Source of the DNA: a bacterium
GTDB lineage: Bacteria; Hinthialibacterota; Hinthialibacteria; Hinthialibacterales; Hinthialibacteraceae
NCBI GenBank assembly: GCA_963662285.2
Contig: CAXXMV010000008.1
Span: forward strand, 96,001 to 160,000
DNA length: 64,000 bases
Direction: 5' to 3'
Shown: in pieces, positions 10,799 through 19,530 of the stretch
Numbering within the stretch: position 1 is the stretch's first letter
How the letters are laid out: every line of letters begins with the position of its first letter
Notes under the pieces: model-generated
The model's input: only the letters and a program-made list of their open reading frames with translations
Database searches by the model: none
What the model was told of the DNA's origin: nothing
Made by a program: the position numbers and the translations under genes

Positions 10799-13035
10799 AA
10801 CTCTAACTTACTTTTTCCTTGGCATATCCAATAATAGAACGAATCGTAATAGGAAAAGTTGAGCGATCCCTTATTAACGATTCTAATTGAGATATCAGTT
10901 TGATTGATCATATCACCGGGAATTGTAATCACCTTCTCATACCAATTCCAAGGCGTCCCCTGCATCTCGAACGAAGCAACGAAAAAACCATTGACATGCA
11001 AATCCATGCCATAATTAAACAGAGGATGCAGCCCACTGCATTCACAGCTTCGCATGATGAGAAAAGCGTCCCGCCCCGGTTCCAGGTTGCCTAGAGTAAA
11101 CGATTCATCCAGGTTAATCCGGCGTCCGCCATCAACAATATCGTATTGATTCAAGATGCCCTGCTGACGCATCACGGGAATTAAATATTCTTGTTCTTTT
11201 TCGATTCCAGGCCAACGCTCATCTATCTCTTCGTGATACCCGAAATTGCGCCTGAAGGGAGCGTAAATATCCGGAAAACGGTTATTGCGGTTGCGTAATA
11301 CATAATTATGCTGGTTTTCACTAGTCAGGTCGCCGATATCAATGCTATCTCTTATTTCCCACTCATCACGCATAGTCTGTTTTCGCGGCTGATCCTCCAT
11401 ACCTGCGTAACTCCAGTTAACGTGATAAACCGTTTTGCTGAATCCAGGATCAAAGGGATCGGGAAAGGTGACCAGGGGTTGATGGAAAATATCATAAATC
11501 TGGCTCATCTCCATAAACCATGAAGGAAAAACCGCCGCATACTGCGGACGTTTATTAAAGGGAATGCGCTCCATCCATTCGTATAATCCCCCTTCGCCCA
11601 GGCGGTATGGAACCGTTGAGCCATTAGTTACCAGACCCACTAAATCGGTGTTATGGAATTTTTTTTCTACTTTTATAACTTTGCCTTCAGGAGAATATTG
11701 GTCAATCTGTTTGCGCCCGAAATATACTAAAGCGCCTGCATCGTTTATGGCGATCTGTTCATTATCGGGTAAGCGATCCACCATCCATTTGGCGGCGCGG
11801 CGCTGTTTTTCAAAAATAGTGGTTGAGTTATCAGCAAAACGCGAAGCCCAGGTTGGCAGATGAACCACGCATATCAATACGGCCATAAGCGCTAATGCGT
11901 ATTGTAAAGTTCTGTCTTTATGGTTGATGCGGGAAACGATAAGTTCAATGCCCGCCATGCTGATCAATAACATCAGCGGGAAGAATGGCGTTATATACCT
12001 GTAATTATGCATAGGCCACACTTCCACGGTAGTCATAGCAGCGAACACAGCCGCCAATGATAATACCAACGCCAAAGCACGCCAGCGCCCTTCGACTCCT
12101 TGAAACACGCTGAATGAGATCAATCCGATTATGGTAAAAATCAAAAAGCCGGGTATGACGTATTCACCATACGATGATTGCATACCGCCAAGTAGGAAGA
12201 AACTTATCGAAACGATATTGCTGATTATAGACTCAACAATTTCAGTAGAGGTCATAGCCGGGTGATTCAATAGACTCTTAGCTAACAATCCATTGCCGCC
12301 CCAGCGCCCGATGGTCATCCGATAAAACAATGGAGGCCCCACAATAGCAAATGTATAAAGAAATAGAGATAAGACTTCGCTCCATGAACCAAGTAGACTG
12401 CGGAAATCCTTTCGGGTAGTTTTCTGTATAATCAAACATGACATCAGTACTACCGAAACGATAACGCCTTCCGGTCGGCTGAGCGCTAATAACGCCAGTA
12501 GGATATAAAAAGAATAATTCTGGAATTTTGATTGAAAGAACTGATTCAACGTCAATAGCAATATGGCGGAGAACAGAGCGATTTCCATCCCGCTCCAAAG
12601 CCCCCAAGCCATCAATCCTGAACAGAATGTTAGAACCACCGCCGCCCGTCCAGCCCATGCAACGCCGAGACGTTCACCTAACCGGACTAGTTGATAAAAA
12701 ATCAGCGTAACGCATCCCCAAGTGATCAGCACGACCCAGAAGGGAAACAATGCTCCGCGAAATCCAACCAGATAACCCAGTGCGAGTAAATGGATGTATA
12801 AGAAACTGGTAGCGCCGCCAGTCACTGGAGCGTCATCCTGATACTGAAGATAATCGCCGCAAGCTATTTGCCGCGCATATTGCAGGTGGATATAACTATC
12901 ATCCAACGGGAACGAATGAGCGCCGGTAATTGCGATTTGAGCGCCGACGAATACAATGCCCTGCGCCAGCGCCAATAATAAGCAGATTACAAATAACCGG
13001 GGATTGCTTAGACCAAAATATTTTAATAAATCCAT
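10795..13035 (-). CDS. Polytopic membrane protein, GT-C-fold glycosyltransferase-like
   Basis: DDSYIHLQYA..GATS after the first TM, RPEG motif, about 12 TMs, DAGAL.YF..DLVGL, soluble C-terminal domain. Confidence 0.65.
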   Translation of the reverse strand: MDLLKYFGLSNPRLFVICLLLALAQGIVFVGAQIAITGAHSFPLDDSYIHLQYARQIACGDYLQYQDDAPVTGGATSFLYIHLLALGYLVGFRGALFPFWVVLITWGCVTLIFYQLVRLGERLGVAWAGRAAVVLTFCSGLMAWGLWSGMEIALFSAILLLTLNQFFQSKFQNYSFYILLALLALSRPEGVIVSVVLMSCLIIQKTTRKDFRSLLGSWSEVLSLFLYTFAIVGPPLFYRMTIGRWGGNGLLAKSLLNHPAMTSTEIVESIISNIVSISFFLLGGMQSSYGEYVIPGFLIFTIIGLISFSVFQGVEGRWRALALVLSLAAVFAAMTTVEVWPMHNYRYITPFFPLMLLISMAGIELIVSRINHKDRTLQYALALMAVLICVVHLPTWASRFADNSTTIFEKQRRAAKWMVDRLPDNEQIAINDAGALVYFGRKQIDQYSPEGKVIKVEKKFHNTDLVGLVTNGSTVPYRLGEGGLYEWMERIPFNKRPQYAAVFPSWFMEMSQIYDIFHQPLVTFPDPFDPGFSKTVYHVNWSYAGMEDQPRKQTMRDEWEIRDSIDIGDLTSENQHNYVLRNRNNRFPDIYAPFRRNFGYHEEIDERWPGIEKEQEYLIPVMRQQGILNQYDIVDGGRRINLDESFTLGNLEPGRDAFLIMRSCECSGLHPLFNYGMDLHVNGFFVASFEMQGTPWNWYEKVITIPGDMINQTDISIRIVNKGSLNFSYYDSFYYWICQGKSKLEL

Positions 13036-13076
13036 AGAGAATATCCCACATTCAATTGTTCTATTCAGAAAAAGTT

Positions 13077-13115
13077 GGGCGCCAAGGGCAAGACCGCAAT
13101 GCGGTCAGCCCTTGA
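13077..13115 (+). repeat. REP palindrome family 1, type B
   Basis: GGGCGC-CAAGGGC-AA-GACCGC-AAT-GCGGTC-A-GCCCTTG-A. Confidence 0.9.
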
Positions 13116-13215
13116 TCAAGCCACCAACGATATGGTGAAATTCCATAACTTAATGACATTTGGGCCAGGGTGAGTGCGAAACATACAAGTAGCCTTACAT
13201 ACCAAAAACGTCGCC

Positions 13216-14013
13216 CTATTCAGAAAATGCAACGCGCAAACCACCGGTATTGCGCCGATTCTCAGGGGTAAACTTGCCCCGGTCAGCCGCGCGAATCCAG
13301 ATAGGACGAGCCATCCATGAACCGCCGCGGAAGACTTTTTCGGTTCCGGTCTCCGGCCCCTGAGGATCGGTTTGATCTCCGGCTTTATATGGGCCATACC
13401 AGTCGCTGCACCATTCCCACACGTTACCTAGAATATCATAGAGTCCCCAGGGATTGGATTTCAGGCTGCCGACAACGTGCAACTCGCCTTCTGAATTAGT
13501 GCGCAGCCAGGCGTGTTTTTCATATTCTTCGTCGGATGGATCGGCGCCGAAGTAGACCTTGGTTGAAGTCCCGGCGCGGCAGGCGTATTCGCGTTCCGCT
13601 TCAGTCGGCAAACGAAAACCTTTTTTTCCAGTTAGTTTATTGAGTTTCTTGATGAATTCCTGACAATCATTCCAACTGACGCGGTTTACCGGAAAATTGG
13701 CGTCCTCTTCAGTGGAAGGGTTCTTTTTCATCAGCGCCAGCCACTGTTCCTGAGTTATCTCATATTTACCCAGATAGAAATCTTTGGATATAGTAACCTT
13801 ATGCAGAGGCGCTTCATTCTCTTCATGGCCTTCTTCAGAAGCAGGGCTGCCCATCATGAATGAACCTGCGGGAATTTTCACCATAATTAACGGCTTGGCA
13901 TCCTCTTTCATGCCTGGAAGATCAACCTTCCACTCTTCCATCGAACATTCTGAAGAGAAACTAACTGATGCTGCCGCCACTATTAACATAGAAATTAAGA
14001 ATATTTTTTTCAT
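13216..14013 (-). CDS. Formylglycine-generating-enzyme (SUMF1) fold protein, secreted
   Basis: F.MGS, RLPTEAE.EYACRAG, NPWGLYD..GNVWEW and RGGSW motifs. Start placed at ATG 14013 (MKKIFL), behind an AAGGAG RBS. Confidence 0.85.
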   Translation of the reverse strand: MKKIFLISMLIVAAASVSFSSECSMEEWKVDLPGMKEDAKPLIMVKIPAGSFMMGSPASEEGHEENEAPLHKVTISKDFYLGKYEITQEQWLALMKKNPSTEEDANFPVNRVSWNDCQEFIKKLNKLTGKKGFRLPTEAEREYACRAGTSTKVYFGADPSDEEYEKHAWLRTNSEGELHVVGSLKSNPWGLYDILGNVWEWCSDWYGPYKAGDQTDPQGPETGTEKVFRGGSWMARPIWIRAADRGKFTPENRRNTGGLRVAFSE

Positions 14014-14347
14014 TGATTCCACTCCTTAAATACCGTTTGACTATATTCTATACGTATTTTTATATCGCATGCAGCGCGGTGATGACTGAAATTTCTATAA
14101 AATGGGAGACATAGAATGATGAGTCGGCAAAAAGTGGATAAAAGACTAAACGCAAACAATATCCTGTATAAATTTCAATTAAAAATCTACCAAGTATTGT
14201 GGTCATAAAAAACAAGTTTTGACATTTCCCCTTTTAGTCATAGATGCTATATTCCTGTCAAAAAACCACTCTCAACCTTTTGGTCATAGTTCTATATGTT
14301 CTACAATCAAATATTGGATATTATTAAACATTAACGGGAGAATGGAA

Positions 14348-15892
14348 ATGAAACCTTCATATATGCCCCGACGTAGATTTATTAAATCGCTGGGCGTCGC
14401 TGCAACCGTCGCCGCTTGTCCCGGACGGCTTATGGCTTCGGAAGCCAAGAAACCTAACATTGTCCTAATCTATGCTGATGATCTGGGCTATGGCGACGTC
14501 AGTTGCTATGGCGCTTCTAAGATCAAGACGCCTAATATCGATAAACTGGCGTCGCAGGGCGTCCGCTTTACAAACGCCCATTCGTCTTCAGCCACCTGCA
14601 CTCCATCGCGTTATTCCATGCTGACCGGAGAGTACGCCTGGCGCAAAAAGGGCACCGGCGTGCTGCCCGGCAACGCTAAAATGATTATCGAACCGGGGCG
14701 CACTACCCTGCCCTCCATGCTGCAAGACGCTGGTTATAAAACTGGAGTAGTGGGTAAATGGCATCTCGGTTTAGGCGGCTCAGAGTTGGATTGGAACAAA
14801 GAGATCAAACCCTGCCCGCTGGATATCGGCTTCGATTATAGTTTCCTGATCCCCGCCACTGGCGACCGCGTACCATGCGTCTATGTGGAAAACCGCAAGG
14901 TAGTCGGGCTTGATCAAAGCGATCCCATTCAAGTCAGTTTCGGCAAACCTATCGGCGACGAACCGACTGGCAAAAAGAATCCCGAACTGCTCAAGATGCA
15001 TCCCAGCCACGGACATGACAACACCATAGTCAATGGCATCAGCCGCATTGGTTATATGAGCGGCGGCAAATCAGCCCGTTGGGTTGATGAGGATATGGCC
15101 GACGTCATAACTGATAAAGCCAAAAAGTTTATTTCCAAAAATAAGGAGAATCCATTTTTCCTATATTTCTCGACTCACGATATCCACGTGCCACGAGTTC
15201 CCCACTCACGCTTCGCCGGAAAAAGCGGTCTCGGCCCACGCGGCGACGCCATCCTGCAACTGGATTGGTGCACCGGAGAGATAATCAAAACACTGGAGAA
15301 CCTTAATCTTACGGATGACACCATAGTAATATTCACCAGCGATAATGGTCCGGTGGTTGACGATGGTTACAAAGACGATGCGGTCGAAAAGCTGAACGGC
15401 CATACTCCTTCAGGTCCATTGCGCGGCGGCAAATACAGCGCCTTCGATGCAGGCACCCGCATACCGTTCATCGTACGCTGGCCTAAAAAAGTGAAGCCCA
15501 GTGAATCAAACGCTCTGGCCTGTCAGATAGATTTCATGTCCTCTCTAGCCAGTTTAACCGGGCAGCAATTAAAGACCTCCGACGCCCCGGATAGTTTCAA
15601 TATCATGCCAGCCCTGCTGGGAAAAACCAAACAAGGCCGCGACCATTTAGTTGAACATTCCCGCGTCCTTTCGTTAATCAAAGGCGACTGGAAATACATC
15701 CACCCCGGCAAAGGCCCCAAGATAAACACAAACACAAACACCGAAATGGGAACCAGTCTGGAGCCTCAATTATATAATCTCAAAACTGATCTGGCTGAAA
15801 AGAATAACGCGGCGCTTCAACATCCGGCCAAAGTTAAAGAACTTGCTATGCTGCTTGAAAAGATAAAAAGTGATGGGCGCTCCAGACCTTAA
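14348..15892 (+). CDS. Arylsulfatase (S1, Cys-type) with Tat-like signal
   Basis: PNIVLIYADDLGYGD, CTPSRYSMLTG, GKWHLG and SDNG motifs; RRRFIK leader; start likely 14348 or 14342 rather than 14219. Confidence 0.93.
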   Translation: MKPSYMPRRRFIKSLGVAATVAACPGRLMASEAKKPNIVLIYADDLGYGDVSCYGASKIKTPNIDKLASQGVRFTNAHSSSATCTPSRYSMLTGEYAWRKKGTGVLPGNAKMIIEPGRTTLPSMLQDAGYKTGVVGKWHLGLGGSELDWNKEIKPCPLDIGFDYSFLIPATGDRVPCVYVENRKVVGLDQSDPIQVSFGKPIGDEPTGKKNPELLKMHPSHGHDNTIVNGISRIGYMSGGKSARWVDEDMADVITDKAKKFISKNKENPFFLYFSTHDIHVPRVPHSRFAGKSGLGPRGDAILQLDWCTGEIIKTLENLNLTDDTIVIFTSDNGPVVDDGYKDDAVEKLNGHTPSGPLRGGKYSAFDAGTRIPFIVRWPKKVKPSESNALACQIDFMSSLASLTGQQLKTSDAPDSFNIMPALLGKTKQGRDHLVEHSRVLSLIKGDWKYIHPGKGPKINTNTNTEMGTSLEPQLYNLKTDLAEKNNAALQHPAKVKELAMLLEKIKSDGRSRP

Positions 15893-15904
15893 GGTAATGA
15901 TCAA

Positions 15905-15994
15905 ATTCTCCCCCCAAGTTTGGGGAGAGTTAGAGGGGGGTTGCCTTTCGACTAATCAACCCCCTCCTAACCTCCCCCAGGCTTGGGGGAGGAA
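15905..15994. repeat. ~90 bp G/C-run double-hairpin element, copy 2 (family 2)
   Basis: CTCCCCCCAAGTTTGGGGAGAGTTAGAGGGGGG...CCCCTCCTAACCTCCCCCAGGCTTGGGGGAGG. Confidence 0.85.
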
Positions 15995-16115
15995 TCACCA
16001 ATCTGCGCTATTACGAGATGCCATCCCTTTAACAAGAGATTCGTTTATGAGAGAATTAACGTTAATCATTGTACCATGAATGGTACTTATAATTTGATCA
16101 GAAAAAGGGAGAATC

Positions 16116-17318
16116 ATGCGATACTACAAACTACTTATATGCATAATCGGGCTATCAATACTCTCAGGCTGCGCCGGCATTCAACGTCCTGCTACTGTTG
16201 ATCGGGTTGAACCAGCGGAACTTTGCGTTCCCATTGATATTCCAATATCTTCTAACGCGGTTATCAGTTCCAAGCCTATGATGCTTCATTCTATGAAAGA
16301 TGGCTTGAAAATCCCCATGCAGCTGAGCGGAACTTATAGCGCTGATGAATCATACGCTTCAGCGCTGGTTCCCAAGAGCCGTTTGGATAACGATAAATTC
16401 AAAATTGAGACCTTGAATGAAAGGCCTCCAATAGATTGCAGGCTGCACTGGGAAGATGATGATGAAGGAACTCTATCGCTATATGAAGATGACCGCCTGG
16501 TCTTCGATTATCACTATGGCAATGTCTCTGCACCCGAAGGCGTTCCCTCGCATCGCGCCCGTTCTTCTTATTTCCACCCACTGATGGGTTTGGACGGACA
16601 GACATACACTGACGATTTCCCCGGCGACCATTTCCATCACCGCGGCCTATTCTTCGGATGGCCTGGAGTCTTTGTTGACGGCCAACGGCATGACATGTGG
16701 CACATGCTGGGCATCCGCAGCATTTTCGAACGAGTTCTTTATAAAGAAATTGGCCCGGTCTTCGCCTTGATCACCATCGAAAACGGTTGGTACATCAAAG
16801 ACCAAAAAGTGATGGATGAGATCATGGAACTGAAAGTCTGGAACTCCGGTAAAGTCGGCCAGACTATGGATATCCGCTACACCTGGACGCCGCTTACTGA
16901 AATCAAAATCGGCCCCAAAGACTACAAAGGTTATGGCGGTCTCCAATTCCGCTTCAAGGATCGTAAAGGAACCGTGATCACCAATATCGACGGTAAACAG
17001 GAAACCAGCAACCAGGTGCAGTCGCCTTGGGCCGACCTGTCAGGCCGCTTTGAAGACCAACCATACATGTCCGGCGCGGCTATCATGAACAAACCTGATA
17101 ACCTGTCAGCCAACCCCGGATGGATTCTACGCTCCGCTGATGATTTCGGCGTAATCGGAGTCGCCTGGCCGGGCAATGACACGTTCACCTTTGATGCAGG
17201 TAAAAGATATTCCAACCACTACCGCCTATGGCTGCACCGCGGCGATGTCCAAAGCGGTTGCGTCAAAGATATCTTCGATTCCTACGTAAACTCGAAAACC
17301 GTAACCATCGAAAAATAA
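16116..17318 (+). CDS. Lipoprotein, DUF6807 ('PmoA-family'-annotated) domain
   Basis: Lipobox LSGC; YFHPL, DHFHHRGLFFGW and KGYGGL.FR motifs. Confidence 0.75.
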   Translation: MRYYKLLICIIGLSILSGCAGIQRPATVDRVEPAELCVPIDIPISSNAVISSKPMMLHSMKDGLKIPMQLSGTYSADESYASALVPKSRLDNDKFKIETLNERPPIDCRLHWEDDDEGTLSLYEDDRLVFDYHYGNVSAPEGVPSHRARSSYFHPLMGLDGQTYTDDFPGDHFHHRGLFFGWPGVFVDGQRHDMWHMLGIRSIFERVLYKEIGPVFALITIENGWYIKDQKVMDEIMELKVWNSGKVGQTMDIRYTWTPLTEIKIGPKDYKGYGGLQFRFKDRKGTVITNIDGKQETSNQVQSPWADLSGRFEDQPYMSGAAIMNKPDNLSANPGWILRSADDFGVIGVAWPGNDTFTFDAGKRYSNHYRLWLHRGDVQSGCVKDIFDSYVNSKTVTIEK

Positions 17319-17343
17319 ATCTCCACTGCATAAACAACCAAAA

Positions 17344-17374
17344 GGGGGCTGAAATCAATTCAGCCCCTTTTTTT
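17344..17374. terminator. Intrinsic terminator between convergent genes
   Basis: GGGGCTGAA-atcaa-TTCAGCCCC followed by T7, with an A-run upstream (possibly bidirectional). Confidence 0.85.
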
Positions 17375-17504
17375 GTGTTATTTCAAAATATGATAACATC
17401 GATTGGCAATCTAACATCATTTCAATTCATTCCATCTACCTTTTCGATTCATCATATTTTCCTATCACTTAAATGTCTTTGGGAACCACAAACGCTGAAC
17501 AACC

Positions 17505-17543
17505 GGGTGGCAAGGGCAAGACCGCAATGCGGTCAGCCCTTGA
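17505..17543 (+). repeat. REP palindrome family 1, type B
   Basis: GGGTGG-CAAGGGC-AA-GACCGC-AAT-GCGGTC-A-GCCCTTG-A. Confidence 0.9.
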
Positions 17544-17572
17544 TTCAATACCCTGATAATACACCTTCCCCC

Positions 17573-19000
17573 TTATACTTCCTTGGGAACCACAAATGGC
17601 GCCCGGTAATCGCGGGTCAACAATTTGTTGGCCGCGTCGTTGCCGATAAACTGTTCTTTATCTTTATCAAATTTCAGCAACGGACCCATCTGGTAATCGG
17701 TCTCATCTAAATTGACATTATTGGCTTTGAGGTGATCTTTCATGCGACCGAAGGCTTCGTTGGCGTCAGCGTCTGCGAAAGGCTTGTCGCCCGACTTGAA
17801 TGACGCCGGTTGACCGACACGGTATGAAATATTAGCCAAATGGCATAAAGCGGCGGAATAATGTCCATCGAGAATTTCTGCGTTTAGGTCAGTCTTCTTA
17901 TGGCTGCGCACGGCTGCGATAAAGTTGCTGAAATGGTCGCCGCCCGGCCCAAGTTTCACATCAACCTTTGGCAGATTCTCCGGATCGCCGCCGCCCTTGG
18001 GATAAAACTTGTTGCCCACCACATAACCGCCTTCAAAGTGCATGATATCTCCGGTTCCTGAACCTAGATAAGGCTTGGTCTCCAGACCGCGCACTTCAAA
18101 GATCAACTTGGTCTCGCCGAAGTCCATCAGCGCAACCTGGGTATTTGGAGTCTGACCCTGATCTTTATAACCTAAACGGCCGCCCAGACAGACGACGCTC
18201 TTGGGCAGCGTGGCGCCGGGGATCATCCAACGGGCGATATCCATCTGATGAACGCCCTGGTTGCCTATATCGCCATTGCCGAAATCCCAGAACCAATGCC
18301 AGTTATAATGCACCAGATTGGCGCTGTATTCTTGTTCCGGAGCTGGTCCCAGCCACAGGTCATAGTCCAAAGCTTTGGGAGGCTTGGCGAAAGGTTTGAA
18401 ACCGATGCTTACGCGGCGCTTATAAACCAGTCCGCGGGAAACCAGCAGTTTGCCATAGGTTCCCTTTTTGATAACTGCGGCCAGTTTATGCCAGCTGCTA
18501 TCGCTGCGGCTCTGCGTCCCGTGTTGAACGATGCGATCATATTTCCGGGCGGCCTTAACCAGTTGACGCCCTTCAAATACATTATGGCTGCAAGGCTTCT
18601 CGACATAGACATCCTTGCCCGCCTGACAAGCCCAGATGGCTGAAAGCGAATGCCAGTGATTAGTGGTCGCGATGCTCAATACATCCAGGTCTTTATCATC
18701 CAATGCTTTGCGGATGTCCTGAAAAGTTCTTGGTTCCTTACCGCCCTTATCAACTACCTCCTTGATTCGTTCCTTAAATGTACCGGAATCGGGATCAACC
18801 AGAGTGACCACTTCAACATTCTTCATTTCCTGGAAAGCGCGAATATGTGATCCGCCCCGTCCATGAATCCCTGTAACCGCAACGCGTATCGTATCATTGG
18901 CGCCGATAACCTTACCGGACGCCCGCGTCCCGCTGATCACGAATGCTGCGCCTGTTCCCAATGTTTGTTTGATAAAATGTCTTCGGTTTACCTGAGGCAT
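17573..19000 (-). CDS. Gfo/Idh/MocA oxidoreductase with Tat signal
   Basis: NRRHFIK leader; G..GRG, HWH, GKDVYVEKP and GVHQMD motifs. Confidence 0.92.
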   Translation of the reverse strand: MPQVNRRHFIKQTLGTGAAFVISGTRASGKVIGANDTIRVAVTGIHGRGGSHIRAFQEMKNVEVVTLVDPDSGTFKERIKEVVDKGGKEPRTFQDIRKALDDKDLDVLSIATTNHWHSLSAIWACQAGKDVYVEKPCSHNVFEGRQLVKAARKYDRIVQHGTQSRSDSSWHKLAAVIKKGTYGKLLVSRGLVYKRRVSIGFKPFAKPPKALDYDLWLGPAPEQEYSANLVHYNWHWFWDFGNGDIGNQGVHQMDIARWMIPGATLPKSVVCLGGRLGYKDQGQTPNTQVALMDFGETKLIFEVRGLETKPYLGSGTGDIMHFEGGYVVGNKFYPKGGGDPENLPKVDVKLGPGGDHFSNFIAAVRSHKKTDLNAEILDGHYSAALCHLANISYRVGQPASFKSGDKPFADADANEAFGRMKDHLKANNVNLDETDYQMGPLLKFDKDKEQFIGNDAANKLLTRDYRAPFVVPKEV

Positions 19001-19193
19001 AATATACTCCTTTCAACCTTAGTTCTTCTATAAATCATACTAATCCTTCATTTCTATCAATCTCTACTTTAACATATAAAGTAGAACTGAAGTAACGGGA
19101 GTGCAAGAAATAAAAAAAGGTTTAGAGAACAAAAATCAACCATTGCGCAGGATTGCGGTAAAGCGTAACTGCATTACTTGAGGAGGCTCCCGC

Positions 19194-19415
19194 ATGAAAG
19201 TGAGCGATAGGTATCACAAATGGGTCGAATGGAGTGAGCAGGACAATGCGTACATTGGAAAATGTCCCGATTTAATCACCAGAATTCACGGAGACGATCC
19301 TCTAAAAGTTTACCGGGATTTATGCGAAGTTATTGATGATGTCATCACCCATTTCCAAACAGTAGAAAAACCCTTACCCGGATCCCGAATACGCCCTATG
19401 CGGGATCCGGGCTAA
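19194..19415 (+). CDS. HicB-like antitoxin-fold small protein (no adjacent HicA)
   Basis: VEWSEQDNAYIGKCPDL...HGDD...KPLP pattern of the HicB N-terminal domain; GAGGAGG RBS. Confidence 0.75.
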   Translation: MKVSDRYHKWVEWSEQDNAYIGKCPDLITRIHGDDPLKVYRDLCEVIDDVITHFQTVEKPLPGSRIRPMRDPG

Positions 19416-19530
19416 ATTGCGGGGACGTAGACAAAACGATGGGTCACGCTGTCATTTGTCTCATCCTACTTCACTGCTTTCTTCTAGAAACCAATTAAAA
19501 AATGCAATCTATGTGATAACTCTAATATAG

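Noticed and set aside
16116-17318. Methane monooxygenase subunit PmoA
   Set aside because: Soluble lipoprotein with no pmoB/pmoC; the family label is a known misleading annotation.
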